DNA of 64,000 bases from Octopus bimaculoides (Eukaryota). This document shows positions 1-12,835 of the stretch, piece by piece. A program made the position numbers and the translations under genes. The notes under the pieces were generated by a model that saw only the letters and a list, made by a program, of their open reading frames with translations, did not search any database and was not told the origin of the DNA. The DNA lies in contig NC_068990.1 of the NCBI RefSeq assembly GCF_001194135.2, forward strand, positions 38,331,991 through 38,395,990, written 5' to 3'. How positions within the stretch are numbered: position 1 is the first letter of the stretch; every line of letters begins with the position of its first letter.

Positions 1-130
1 CAGCCTCCTCAGCCTCCTCATCCTCATCATCATCATCGCTGTCATGTCATCACCTCCATAGTCCCCAATAACATCATCGTCATTATTATCATACATTTTG
101 TCGTAGTCGTCAACGTTGTCAACAACTACA
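1..130. repeat. Degenerate (CAT/CCT)n trinucleotide low-complexity tract
   Basis: cagcctcctc...catcatcatcatc...cgtcattattatc. Confidence 0.75.
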
Positions 131-559
131 GCCTAACAGAGATGGAACCTAATATTCCGCACTCGGTTTTCAAGTAAAAGAAGCAAATTTCTCCTTAATC
201 TCACACTATGATGTAAAAAAGGAAGGACGAAGCAAAGGACTATATTAAACGTTCAAATACACCTGAATGTTATGAGCCGAATGTTTTGACTGCAGGTTTG
301 TTCTAGACAACCTGCCCTAACCATAAATGACACTACCACGAGGAATACCATGGCCATCAACAACAATATCAACAGCAAAGCGAACTACGTCAACCAGAAA
401 ATGAGAGACAGCAAGCATGAAGAACCGCCGAGGTAACATGTATAACATCATTAGATGCTACAAAATTGTAGCAAGATCTAATTCCAATCAAATACTATGG
501 TTTCTAAAAAGTTTTTCAAATAAGATGATGGAATCCGAGGGAGAGTATTTCTTAGATTC

Positions 560-960
560 ATGTAAATATAGAAGAGAAAATTTAGAGATAGATTGAGGGA
601 AAAAAATTGAGTGAGAGAGTAAGAGAGAGAAGGAGGAGGAGGAGGTAGAGGAAGAGGAGGTAGAGGAAGAGGAGGTAGAGGAAGAGGAGGAAGAAATGAG
701 ACAGAGTTGTAGAAAATGAAATGGCGTGAGATGGAGAGAACGAGAGAACGTAGTTGAAAAAGTGAAACTGAAAGTAGGTACTACAGAGAGACAGTAGGAA
801 ATGTTTAGAGAAATAAAGAGAGAGTAAGAAAGAGAAGGGAGAGCGAATGACCAAAGAGAGAGAGACAGTCTAACAGTCAATGAAATGTGAGAAAGAGAAG
901 GAGAGGCAGAATTGGAATGACAGCGATGGATAGAGACATTTAGAGAGAAAGATATTATAA
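560..960. repeat. GA-rich polypurine low-complexity tract with short GAGGAAGAGGAGGTA repeats
   Basis: Almost pure A/G. It produces the S/L/F-rich minus-strand ORFs 488-982 and 582-854. Confidence 0.85.
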
Positions 961-1011
961 AAAATGATAAGTACGGAGACAATTAGAGAGAGAAAAAAAA
1001 CCCAGCAAAAA

Positions 1012-1020
1012 ATAATGATG

Positions 1021-1107
<87 letters not shown>

Positions 1108-1230
1108 TCAACAACAACAATAGCAAGAACAGAAATAGTAATAATAATAGTAATAATAACGACAGCAACAATAATAATAATAATAATAATAATAGAACCA
1201 CCAACAACAATAATAATGATACAAGAGAAG
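1012..1230. repeat. (TAA)n/(CAA)n microsatellite
   Basis: Long ataataata run with interspersed caacaa. Confidence 0.95.
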
Positions 1231-1529
1231 AAAGTGAAGAAAAAGAGGTGAGTGGTTTAGGGAAAGGACGAACCATAACTGACATCATGATATATGGAGT
1301 AGATAATTGATAACTGTCAAAATTTTTTCCAGTCTTAAAAATAACCATAAAATATCACAGAAATTTCATCCCAACCTCTAGTACGCCTGTACTTTAATGG
1401 GGAGGAGAAGGGGTGCGTTTCTGCGCTGTTTTATGTTTCCCTCTAATCTTCCCTACCTTTCCCCAGCATCTCGTTGCCTTCTCCGTATCTTCCTGCCTTT
1501 TTACTACTTCTCTCTTCCTCTTTTGCTAT

Positions 1530-1954
1530 CTATGAATATGTGTGTATGTGTATGTGTATGCATTTTTGTTTGTTTGCTTGTCCGTTTGTGAGTGTGTGTA
1601 TGTGTGTGTGTGTGTGTGTGTATGTGTGTATGTAGCTATGTACTTGTGTGTGTCTGTGTGTGTGGTGAAACTTGCCATTTTGAATCTATGAAACAACAAA
1701 ATAACGAACTGATAAAACAACGTAACGCGATTCATTCAAAAAGCAAGCAACACAACACGCCACAAACACTACCAAAATATATACATACGCACACATGTGC
1801 ACACGAGCATACACACTCACACACTCACACACACATACTCACACACACACATATATGAACGTAAGTTTATAGGTGTATACATATATAGTATATACATACA
1901 CATATATACACCTATACAAATACACACACACACATATATATATGTGTACATATA
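1530..1954. repeat. Compound (TG)n/(CA)n/(TA)n microsatellites
   Basis: Direct reading. Confidence 0.9.
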
Positions 1955-4357
1955 NNNNNNNNNNNNNNNNNNNNNNNNNNNNNNNNNNNNNNNNNNNNNN
2001 NNNNNNNNNNNNNNNNNNNNNNNNNNNNNNNNNNNNNNNNNNNNNNNNNNNNNNNNNNNNNNNNNNNNNNNNNNNNNNNNNNNNNNNNNNNNNNNNNNNN
2101 NNNNNNNNNNNNNNNNNNNNNNNNNNNNNNNNNNNNNNNNNNNNNNNNNNNNNNNNNNNNNNNNNNNNNNNNNNNNNNNNNNNNNNNNNNNNNNNNNNNN
2201 NNNNNNNNNNNNNNNNNNNNNNNNNNNNNNNNNNNNNNNNNNNNNNNNNNNNNNNNNNNNNNNNNNNNNNNNNNNNNNNNNNNNNNNNNNNNNNNNNNNN
2301 NNNNNNNNNNNNNNNNNNNNNNNNNNNNNNNNNNNNNNNNNNNNNNNNNNNNNNNNNNNNNNNNNNNNNNNNNNNNNNNNNNNNNNNNNNNNNNNNNNNN
2401 NNNNNNNNNNNNNNNNNNNNNNNNNNNNNNNNNNNNNNNNNNNNNNNNNNNNNNNNNNNNNNNNNNNNNNNNNNNNNNNNNNNNNNNNNNNNNNNNNNNN
2501 NNNNNNNNNNNNNNNNNNNNNNNNNNNNNNNNNNNNNNNNNNNNNNNNNNNNNNNNNNNNNNNNNNNNNNNNNNNNNNNNNNNNNNNNNNNNNNNNNNNN
2601 NNNNNNNNNNNNNNNNNNNNNNNNNNNNNNNNNNNNNCTTTAATCTGTTTTCTTTTTGGTTTTCTTTTTCTCTCCTGCTTTCACTCAGTAAATGATCTTG
2701 TCTGTCAAAGGGCTGCTTATACTCTGTACGTATCAGCCTGTGTATCATTGTCATATATCTCATAAATCTGTATTCGTCCGTGTGTATGCATCAGTTTACA
2801 TATTCTATGCGTGGGTATGGTATGCAATTTTTAGAGTATTCCATATTTTCGTTATATATTAGATTGGAGATCCTTTCTTTCCGCGGTTTTGATATCACGA
2901 AGGCATTAATTCGTAACCCTGACTACCTGTTGAGTCGTCGCTTGCTCACAACACATGGATAGTTTAGCTGATAATAAAACGTAGTTTCGTATTGGGACAA
3001 TAATTCACAACATCCCATTAACTTATGGGTAACTTCTCAAAGTGTTTCTGTATCATATTTTTTGGTGGTAAATAATTTAAAAATACATCTAGCTCTGTAA
3101 CCGAAACACACTCGATAACACCGCAGTGTTTATTTCTTCAACACCCTGTTTCATACTAAAAAGAAACTGAACGAAATATTTGTCTAAGGTTTCGGCCCAT
3201 AAATGATTCATCATAAAATCATCTTTCACCCTATGATGACATATTAATAAAGGTTTACACACACACGTAAACACACACACACACACTCGCATTTTTGTAT
3301 CATTTAGTAATAGAGGAACAACGCCTTTCGTATTCAAATTGGTCTATACAATATCGTTGATTTGAAGGCCTATAGGTTTATATCACTTGAAAATGCATAG
3401 AGAGAACGGCTTATATCACTTGAAAATGCATAGACAACATAGAAAGGCATCTAAATTGCGGTGTTACTGTTGAAATATTAAATCTATGCTAAGACTGGCA
3501 TTCCATCTAGTATTTGTTTTCGTCCCAATTTCTTCTGCGCATGTATAACGTGTATAACACAACGTATGTTCAAAAGTACTACAGGTGTCACACAGATATT
3601 TCTTTCGAACATCGGAAGTTTGTTGCGCCTCAACTACAACACAAAAATCTCTTTCCTCAGAGACCTTGCTGCATGCAATCAAGCTCTATGCATAGCAGTC
3701 TTAGAAACACATATACTACCAAAATATGTTGCAAGATGACAAACAAAAAGGAAAGTAACCATGGTACAGCCGAGAGGACCTGACGCCTCATATATGACCT
3801 GACCTGTCATATTCGAATTCAGTGTGTGACAGTTTATCACAGAAAAAGATGAATTTTTTTAAAGATGGAATATATGACATAGATTCTTTGATTAAATAAA
3901 TCAGTTCTCTAATACATCTGAAACATTATATTGTTACTTTTCAAATAAGATATTTCATGTGAAACAACCTAATATACAATCATATAAAACGATTTATGAA
4001 TATATCTATAAGCTCGTATCAACATGTAAAATACATAATCATACGTTCAATTCCATCACATTTTCTCGCTTTTTCTTACTCATATAAAATTTTCGATGCC
4101 TGTCACTCACAGACATGTATATGTGTACGCATGCATGTTTGCATATGTTTGTTTATATGTGTACATGTGAGTAAATATATATATATATATATATATATAT
4201 ANNNNNNNNNNNNNNNNNNNNNNNNNNNNNNNNNNNNNNNNNNNNNNNNNNNNNNNNNNNNNNNNNNNTATATTCATACAGGCATAAATATATTGATACA
4301 GAAAAACACACATACACAGGCTCACACACACACATACACACGCGCACACACACACAT

Positions 4358-4408
<51 letters not shown>

Positions 4409-4609
4409 CAGCACTGTCAAACTTAAGTTAGGCTTCTCTGTAGATCAATGTCTTAACAGCAATATAGTTTAAGATCTGAAAATACGAATTGCTCTTTTTA
4501 TATTATCGATAAATCGATATTGTTATAAAGACATTTTAAAACTGTCACATATTACAATGACTGTTAAGTTACAAATCTTATTGAGAAATGTGATAGATTG
4601 TTCTGTTCA

Positions 4610-4685
4610 CTACCACCATCAACGCTACCAGTGGCATCGTCACCATCATCACCATCATCATCATCATCGTCGTCGTCGTCGTCAC

Positions 4686-4719
<34 letters not shown>

Positions 4720-4781
4720 GTCGTCGTCACCATCATCATCATCATCATTATCATCATCAACATCATCATCGTCACCACCAC

Positions 4782-4835
<54 letters not shown>

Positions 4836-4850
4836 ATTCATCATCATCGT
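4610..4850. repeat. (CAT)n/(CGT)n microsatellite
   Basis: Long catcatcat run; source of the poly-H, poly-S and poly-M ORFs. Confidence 0.95.
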
Positions 4851-5214
4851 TTTCTATTTCTAATAATATATTTCATAAGCATCTTTAAGGTCTTACTGTA
4901 TTTGCGTGTTGTGCACGTCCTTGACCTGCGTGTGGGTGTTTATGTATATATGTATTCAGGGAGATAAAGGTAAGTGGGTGACACGGATTCATATATACAT
5001 CCTCATTATTATGCGTGACAGTGTATCCATGTATATGTATGTGTGTACGCGTACTAGTGTGTGTGTGTGACTTCTGTGTTTCTCTACGAGAATTTAAGTG
5101 CGTGGTTTATCCATTTAAAACCAAACATAACTTTAGCCGTAAGGTAAGATTTTTACTGACAGTGTTTTACGACATCCTTTATATTGTAATCAACTTGATG
5201 ACACTGACCACTTT

Positions 5215-5440
5215 GGTGATGATGATAAGATTACAGCGATGATGTTGCTGCTGATGATGATGATGACGACGACGACGACCACGATGACGTCGACGAAATT
5301 GATGATGATAATAATAAGATGATGATGATGATGATGATAGTAGTAGTAGTAGTGGTGGTGATTTTGATGATGATTTGCCATTAGCGTTGTCGTCTTCTCT
5401 TCGATGTCATTGTCATCATCCTCATCATCATCATTTGATG
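5215..5440. repeat. (GAT)n/(GAC)n/(TAG)n microsatellite followed by short (CAT)n
   Basis: Direct reading. Confidence 0.9.
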
Positions 5441-5951
5441 GTGTTAATGAACAGTTAATATTTGCTGCTGGTTAGTGTAAATATTAGCTGGACACATCTT
5501 CACCTAAATATACATTTATGGAATTACATTTAAAAACAAGATATTGTTTCCATACTTTCTTACATGCATATCGGTAAACCAATAAAAACAAATACACAAA
5601 CACACAAACACACACACATATATAAACACACGCCACATCACACGTTCCGTTTATTAGAATTGTGAATGTATATATATATATTACACTCTTTAATAATTTA
5701 TATAAACCTCATTACATAGAGATGCCAATACGTATAATTATATGCACAGCTAAATGCAATATTTTGTGTAATTTGTTCAACTTGTCTTTCGACATAGTAT
5801 TCTTGTGATTGGAAAGACGAATGTCACATAAAGATCTTCTGTGAATAATAATAATAAAAGAGTTATATTTCACAAAATTTGATGTATTTTATAAATTGTT
5901 TACGAAATAACAATAAGTTCGTAGTATCATACATAGAGGAATACATAGTTA

Positions 5952-6167
5952 TTCTTTCTTACTCTAGGTACAAGGCCCGAAATTTTTGGGGAGGGGCCCA
6001 CTCGATTAGTTCGACCCCAGTACGCTATTGGTACTTAATTTATCGACCCCGAAAGGATGAGAAGCAAAGTCGACCTCAGTGGAATTTGAATTCAGAACTT
6101 AAAGACAGATGAAATACCACTAAGCATTTCGCCCGGCGTGCTAACGTTTCTGCCAGCTCGGCGCCTT
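5952..6167 (-). mobile_element. tRNA-derived SINE, family A (MetaSINE-like core), near full length
   Basis: Minus strand: head ggcgccgagctggcagaaacgttagcacgccgggcg, B-box-like gaattcaaattcc, core catcctttcggggtcgataaattaagtacca, tail aaatttcgggccttgtacctagagtagaaagaa. Homologous copies at 11546, 11720 and 13431. Confidence 0.9.
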
Positions 6168-7286
6168 GGAACACATAACTATTGATGCATAAATGCACTC
6201 GTATTAAAATTTACATAATATCAGAATATATGAAAATATGAGCAAAAATATAATTGTCATTAACAGATGCGTAGAACACCCTATATACACTATTCAGGTG
6301 CAAACCTGAGCTGAAATAACTTTAACACATAAGCGAATCATCGAATATTAAATTTATAAGAAGAGAAATATATTACAATCATTTCAGCTCACCTTTACCT
6401 TTACAACTCATGAAGTAAACTGGAGTAAATTTCAGGTCAGTGTATTACCGAGTTTTTACTACGGGTGGTCAAACTGAATATGATGTCAGAATGGGGAAAC
6501 TTAAATACTCTACGCTCAACGTCCTAAACGGTGCCAAGTCAATATTTCGTTTCGTCAATCCGTAATCCTTCGAAGAAGTACATATATATATTTATATATA
6601 TATATTTACACACACACACACACACACACAGCCCACCATAATGCATATATTTTGACTGGCCGTATATCGAGTTTTACTTTCTGGAATAAATGAATAAATT
6701 TCTTACAATATTGACTGGGTCTAAAGAGTTAATTGCTAGAAAACACCTCGTAAAGCTATCCAGAAACTAAGATTTCTGTCTTACTGCATTACGGAAGAAC
6801 TTAAAATAATGCGGTAAATAAAAATCTATGGAATCATAAAGAGTACTCCCTGAAAAATCAAAAGAAAAAAATACAAAATAACCGGGAATTTCGTCGCTCA
6901 CAATACAATATTAATTAATCCTCTATCAAAACATATAACTTGCTATCCAAGCTAGAATGAAGCTTGAAAGACATCACTAGAATAGCTAGAATTAAACATG
7001 AGGCACAACTGAGATAGGACCTGATAATGACCACCGCGACAATTGAATTCACCTGAATTATTGATGGCTGTCTCCTCAGAGAAGAAAAAATGCACGACGT
7101 TTTTATTTTCGTGCAAGCACAAAAGCCGAAGTTGTTTAAGGATTGATATACTTTCTTCTATATCAGATTTTCAGTCGTAAATATTTCTGAATGTTGTGCA
7201 TATTGCCCGTGTTAAGTAATAGTAACTGATGTACACATATGTGTAAGCATAATATGTATATATGAATGTATGTACATTCATATTAT

Positions 7287-7476
7287 TGTAGGGAATTAGT
7301 AATAATGATACACCCCTCGCACATGACGAGTCGAATGAAAAAGTTACTATAAGTAGGGTGACGTCGGCCAGTATCGAGAGAGTACGTTGAGTAAGAGAGT
7401 ACGTGTAGACTGTGTTGATAGTCATGTCTGTTCTGATACAGTAATTATACCGTGATACTGAGTGGACATTATAACA
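7287..7476 (+). mobile_element. Probable solo LTR (TG...CA), ~190 bp
   Basis: Starts tgtaggg, ends cattataaca, internal tataa. It truncates the adjacent gag. No clean TSD (ttat vs tatg). Confidence 0.4.
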
Positions 7477-8056
7477 TATGTGATGTAGTCCTCGTTGCTA
7501 TTTTTCTTTATGTTCAGACTCTTCCACCGTGTGTTGAATAAAGAAATTTTGTCACTGAAAATCTTATACAATATATCTATTGTGTCACTAAAGTTTACAT
7601 CAGACGGTTTTCTCCGAAGTTCAAAATTACTGAATCGTTCATATTCTATTGGCACCAATTTTCTCAAGATTAAGCGCGTTTTCATCTCGTCTTCCCAATC
7701 TTTACATTCTTTCTCGAATATGTGCTCATATCTGCCGTAGTATGCTTCGGAGGTAACTCCTTCGCCAGGTTTATTGTTGAATTCAGTTATTGACTTCGCA
7801 ACATAGTCTGGCGAGAACACTTTTCTGGCTTTCCTGACGACTTCAGTAATTGCAGCATTTTTTTGCAATTAATTGTTGTTGCTGTTGCTTCTGTTGTTCT
7901 TGGAGTTGCATCTGCTGTTGTTGTTGTTTTTCTTTCAACTGTTGTTGTTGCTGTTGTTGCAACTCAAGCGAACCAGCCAATAAATCTTCCCTAATTTTAC
8001 GGTTTTTCGTAAAATTTACAAAACAAAACCTTTTGTGACTCTGTTAACTCCTCCAT
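7477..8056 (-). pseudogene. Ty3/Gypsy LTR-retrotransposon gag fragment, frameshifted and truncated, with poly-Q N-terminus
   Basis: FSPDYVAKSITEFNNKPGEGVTSEAYYGRYEHIFEKECKDWEDEMKTRLILRKL...FSDTIDILYKIFSDKISLFNTRWKSLNIKKNSNEDYITY fits the gag of invertebrate Gypsy (K02A2.6-like) elements. ATG at 8056 (MEELTESQ); upstream frame LELQQQQQQQLKEKQQQQQMQLQEQQKQQQQQ; frameshift in an A7 run. Confidence 0.85.
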
Positions 8057-8068
8057 GTAAATTGGTTT

Positions 8069-8090
8069 ATCCTCGTCACCGCTGTTATAA
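8069..8090 (-). promoter_or_regulatory. Gypsy primer-binding site and 5' LTR 3' end
   Basis: Minus strand ...ttataACA-gcggtgacgaggat, a degenerate TGGCGACGAGG-type PBS immediately after a CA end and ~12 nt before the gag ATG. Confidence 0.6.
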
Positions 8091-9254
8091 AGTGGTATTT
8101 TGCCACTGCTGTATGTGTCTTTCAACGACGGTTGTCGCTCTGACAGAAATCGTCATATTCTGAAGTCATCGATAGAATCTTTCTATCTGGCATTGTACGA
8201 CACCCCAGTCGCACAGTATTATTATCCTCAAGAGAAATGAGTTGCGACGTCACAGGTGCAAAGCTGTACCGGCCTTTCCCTTGGATAACACTGGTGGCGT
8301 GGAGAAGGACTCCATATATGTGCAAAACGGATCAACGAGAAACAGCAGATTAGAGAAGGTATTGTAAATCACCTCAATTTCTTTAGGAAAGTAGAGCTGA
8401 AGATTACTGTTGAATACCTTAATGTTAACCTAGGTAACAGCCTCAAGTACTATATAGGTCACTTCACAATATCAATAAATATTCTAACTACGCTAAAGTA
8501 ATGACAGAACCTTGTTAAAAATATCTCTCTCAGGATTTCTTGAATTACTGCAAATAAGAATGCCTTCAGTGATGTAGAAATCTACTATAATCAATACTAT
8601 AAACAATAGTAGGTTTACTAAGAATGTTTCGTATATCAAGAGGAATAAGAACTTAAAAAAAGAAACGGTCGTAGACATTGAATGTAAAATGATATAATCT
8701 ATATTGTAAATTTCTAGTCGCCATGTTAGTTGCAGCAAATGATCTTCTCTCTACTTAAGAGACCTGTCCGATTTGATCTCGGTGGTGTTTCACCAAAATA
8801 CTGGCCGTCGAACTATACTATTCCACCACCTTTAACGTAGCTCAGAACATATCCCCTACCAAATTAGTCTTTATATGTAGATATAGTAAAGTTAGGCATG
8901 CTAATGATAGAAACAGAGCATGTAGATCCATACGTAAGATTGTGACTAAGCTATAAAACTAGATGCCGGGATACAAATGTGGGGAGCGAATAAAATGTGG
9001 TCACAAACTTCTCAAATGGAGCATATAAAAACTTGACCTGACACGGCCAATATATTTATTCCTTTTTACGCTCTCAATGTATATTTGGATATAAAAAGTA
9101 AAATTGCAATTATAACATTATATGCATGCATTTATGAACACACAAACATGAGAACATCTATGATCTTTTGTTTTTGTTTAAGTGAATAATATAAAATGGA
9201 ATTCGGAGTTAGGGCTTCTTCAGTTTAAACATTTTTTTTTATCCTAATTGTTAA

Positions 9255-9600
9255 AATATCCTTGCACTTAATATCGCATCATAGTAATGTGTGATGAACA
9301 AGAAAGATTGCCTTGATAAGAATAAATTTAGTTTGTTTCCATTTTATAAACAATATTTTGGTAAAGCCGATGATCAGGATAACATTCTATTAAATATGAG
9401 TATATTTTTATACTCAAATAATAATTATAATGTCTACAACATGGGAGTCCATTGAGAAGTATAGATGACACGATTGTTTTAAGAGGATTTCCCAACGAAC
9501 ACTGCCGAAACGCTTACATAATTTTGGGTTCAAATATTTAAAAAAAATTAACAGAAATAAATTAATTCTTTGAGCTTGAACAACACATTGATCTTTATTG
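9255..9600 (+). repeat. Old diverged direct duplication, copy 1 (copy 2 at ~10518-10893)
   Basis: Collinear shared blocks: gcactta, acattctatt.aatat, agtcca.tg.gaa.tatagat, tttcccaac, ttacataat, gaaataaat.aattc.ttgag, acattgatctttat. Confidence 0.75.
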
Positions 9601-10254
9601 GGGAGAAGGGTAAAAGAATTCTCAGTGGAATAGATATAAAAGATCTTATCAAAAACATATCCCGTTTTGATAGAAATTACGTGAAATATTTTTGTTATAA
9701 ACGTTTTATAATTTATTGCATATTTGTATTATATTATGTGGTTTGAAAAATTCCCCTTTATTTTGGGGCTGATGACATGTATAATGATGTATGTATATAT
9801 ATATATATNNNNNNNNNNNNNNNNNNNNNNNNNNNNNNNNNNNNNNNNNNNNNNNNNNNNNNNNNNNNNNNNNNNNNNNNNNNNNNNNNNNNNNNNNNNN
9901 NNNNNNNNNNNNNNNNNNNNNNNNNNNNNNNNNNNNNNNNNNNNNNNNNNNNNNNNNNNNNNNNNNNNNNNNNNNNNNNNNNNNNNNNNNNNNNNNNNNN
10001 NNNNNNNNNNNNNNNNNNNNNNNNNNNNNNNNNNNNNNNNNNNNNNNNNNNNNNNNNNNNNNNNNNNNNNNNNNNNNNNNNNNNNNNNNNNNNNNNNNNN
10101 NNNNNNNNNNNNNNNNNNNNNNNNNNNNNNNNNNNNNNNNNNNNNNNNNNNNNNNNNNNNNNNNNNNNNNNNNNNNNNNNNNNNNNNNNNNNNNNNNNNN
10201 NNNNNNNNNNNNNNNNNNNNNNNNNNNNNNNNNNNNNNNNNNNNNNNNNNNAGA

Positions 10255-10305
<51 letters not shown>

Positions 10306-10517
10306 GTAAATACGTGTGTGTATGAGCATGTGCGTATTGATGAATGCCTCATGTTTAGGTAAAATAAGAGGAAATATCAAAAATGAATTGGTGTCTTTCG
10401 AGTAAAAATTTCATTTTTACTGTATAACAAAAATGAATATGCGAAAGAGTTTCTTCTATTTCGTTTTAGTTATGAAAATTAGAAAAATATCCTGGAGATT
10501 TGTTGGTTCATTTAACC

Positions 10518-10893
10518 TTAGCACTTAAAATTCTCAGCATGGTAGCATGCGATTATCAAGTAATATAGCCTTTATAATAATTTTCTGCTTTTATCTTTCT
10601 ATTTCATTAGCCAGCACAAAACAAAACTGAAACGAAAATGGATTCACAAAAGCTACAGAACTGGGTGACATTCTATTGAATATAAATACATTCCTAGGTC
10701 GAATAATTATTTTAATGACTATGAAATGCAAGTCCACTGGGAAATATAGATTACTACATTAAACTCGTTTTATAAAGGGGTTTCCCAACAAAATTTTGCA
10801 TGACGGTTACATAATAACAACTACAATGGATGTAAAACAATAATAGAAGAAATAAATGAATTCATTGAGTTTTAGCACTACATTGATCTTTAT
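10518..10893 (+). repeat. Old diverged direct duplication, copy 2
   Basis: Same collinear blocks as 9255-9600. Confidence 0.75.
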
Positions 10894-11177
10894 GTGTTAG
10901 GAATTTCTGCCGAATTTCCTGCACTAACACAAATAAATAAAAGAATAATAATCACTTTGCGTAATGTATCATGAACCTCACATGCAACGACGTCAAAGTA
11001 AAAATAGTGCTCCAAATATGTAAATATTGGGTTATATACTATGGATTTAAACATTGCACCCGTACTGTCTTATATCGCGAATGCACACGCACGCACACAC
11101 ATACACACACATGCACCCATACACATGTATGTATGTATATTTTCATAATGCATTCTCCCGGCAGAGACGACATTTGA

Positions 11178-11443
11178 GTGTTCAGCTTTTGCTAAATGAC
11201 CTGTACAAATGACTTGTTCATAGCGATGAAACGTATGCGTTATACATTAGCTACTTCGCTTCATCAAGTTGACGTTGCCTGTACACGTGCACAAGTGTAC
11301 TACACGTCAGATGACAAAATAATTTCAGAGCAACGTGAAATGAATTGTTTTGCTCAAGAACACAACGTGGCCCCCGGTCAGGGAATCGAACTTCCTATTT
11401 AGTATTCGTTTGTGCAACAACCTAACCATTAGTCTATGTGCTT
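11178..11443 (-). mobile_element. Degenerate tRNA-derived CORE-like SINE
   Basis: Minus strand: A-box-like tagactaatggttagg, B-box aagttcgattccc, CORE-like gttgtgttcttgagcaaaaca. Confidence 0.65.
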
Positions 11444-11545
11444 TTACACACACATGCACACGCGCTCATACACACAGAGACACACTCACACACACAGGCA
11501 CACACATACACACACACCCTCATGCACACTCACACGCATATATTA

Positions 11546-11719
11546 TTTTCTACTCTAGGCACAAGGCCCGAAATTTTAGGGAAGGAGGCCAGTTGATTGT
11601 ACTATATTTATCGACCTCGAAAGAATGAAAGGCAAAGTTGACTTCGGCGGAATTTGAACTCAGAACGTATAGACAGACGAACTATCGCTAACCATTTCGC
11701 CCGGCATGATAACGTTTCT
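11546..11719 (-). mobile_element. SINE family A, 5'-truncated copy with tail type 1
   Basis: Homologous to 5952-6167 (tactctaggcacaaggcccgaaatttt...catttcgcccggc...aacgtttct). Confidence 0.9.
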
Positions 11720-11942
11720 TATTTCTTTATTGCCCACAAGGGGCTAAACATAGAGGTGACAAACAAGGACAGACAAAGGGATGAAGTCAATTACATCGAC
11801 CGCAGTGCGTAACTGGTACTTAATTTATCGACACCGAAAGGATGAAATGTAAAGTCGGCCTCACTGGAATTTGAACTCAGAACGTAAAATATCGCTAAGC
11901 ATTTCGCCCGGTGTGCTAACGTTTCTGCCAGGTCACCGCCTT
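11720..11942 (-). mobile_element. SINE family A with a different 3' tail (type 2), abutting the previous copy
   Basis: Same head and core, but tail tatttctttattgcccacaaggggctaaacatagaggtgacaaacaaggacag. Confidence 0.9.
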
Positions 11943-12364
11943 TCACACACACATATATATTGTTCGATTGTGCTTGTACTTCCACACATAATTAAATATG
12001 TTAAGGTAAATTTCTTTTAGGTCTTCGTATATTTTTAATGTTTGGAAGATATATTTTGATGTTTGTTTACGTCAAGTGACGTTTTCGCTTGCAGCACTTC
12101 TTTTAAATCATATCGCACTTGAGATTGATAAGTATTCCTGAACTAGACTCCCATTCAGTATGTGACAACAGGGACAAACAAGAAGTCAACGATAACGTTA
12201 ACTGCAATCATTTTAGAAGGAACCGGTGTTTGAATTTCAATAAATTTTCAATGGATCCTAAATGCGACGCCGGTATAACTGAGATTGCTATGACTTGTAA
12301 GTGTCATGACACATTTTCTTTTCTGCCAAACGCTATCTTTCTTCTCGTTATTCCATTTTGCATT

Positions 12365-12835
12365 TCTCTCCCCCCCTCTCTCTCTCACACACACACACTC
12401 CGTCTCTCTCTCTCTCTTTCTCTCTCATACACACTCCTTCTCTCTCTCACACACACACCTCCCTCTCTCTCACACACACCCTCTCTCTCTATTTCTCTGT
12501 ATATCTATTTCTCATTCTTCATGTATTTCTCTCTATCTATTTCTCACTCTCTTTCTCTCTTTATATCTATTTCTCACTCTCTATCTATTTCTCACTCTCT
12601 TTCTCTATCTATATATTTCCCACTCTCTCTCTATCTATTTCTCACTCGCTCTCTATCTATCTATTTCCCACTCTCTCCCTCTATCTATCTATATCTCATC
12701 TCTCTCTCTCTATCTATTTCCCACTCTCTCTCTATCTATTTCTCACTCTCTCTCTCCCTATCTATTTTTCACTCTCTTTCTCTATCTATATGTTTCTCAC
12801 TTTCTCTCTATCTATTTCTCACTCCCTCTCTCTCC
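12365..12835. repeat. CT-rich tract containing a degenerate minisatellite with core ctatctatttc(t/c)cact
   Basis: About a dozen recurrences of tatttc(t/c)cact separated by variable (CT)n; source of ORFs 12119, 12306 and 12358. Confidence 0.85.

Noticed and set aside
3089-3337. Minus-strand ORF containing RVKDDFMMNHLWAETLDKYFVQFLFSMKQGVEEINTAV
   Set aside because: Begins in (TG)n; no recognisable motif or convincing splice sites.
3378-3434. 24-bp direct repeat separated by 9 bp
   Set aside because: Ordinary small slippage duplication.
12190-12300. PASHLGSIENLLK on the minus strand, reminiscent of the Tc1 SPDLNPIENLW motif
   Set aside because: Only one weak motif; flanking DDE motifs not found.
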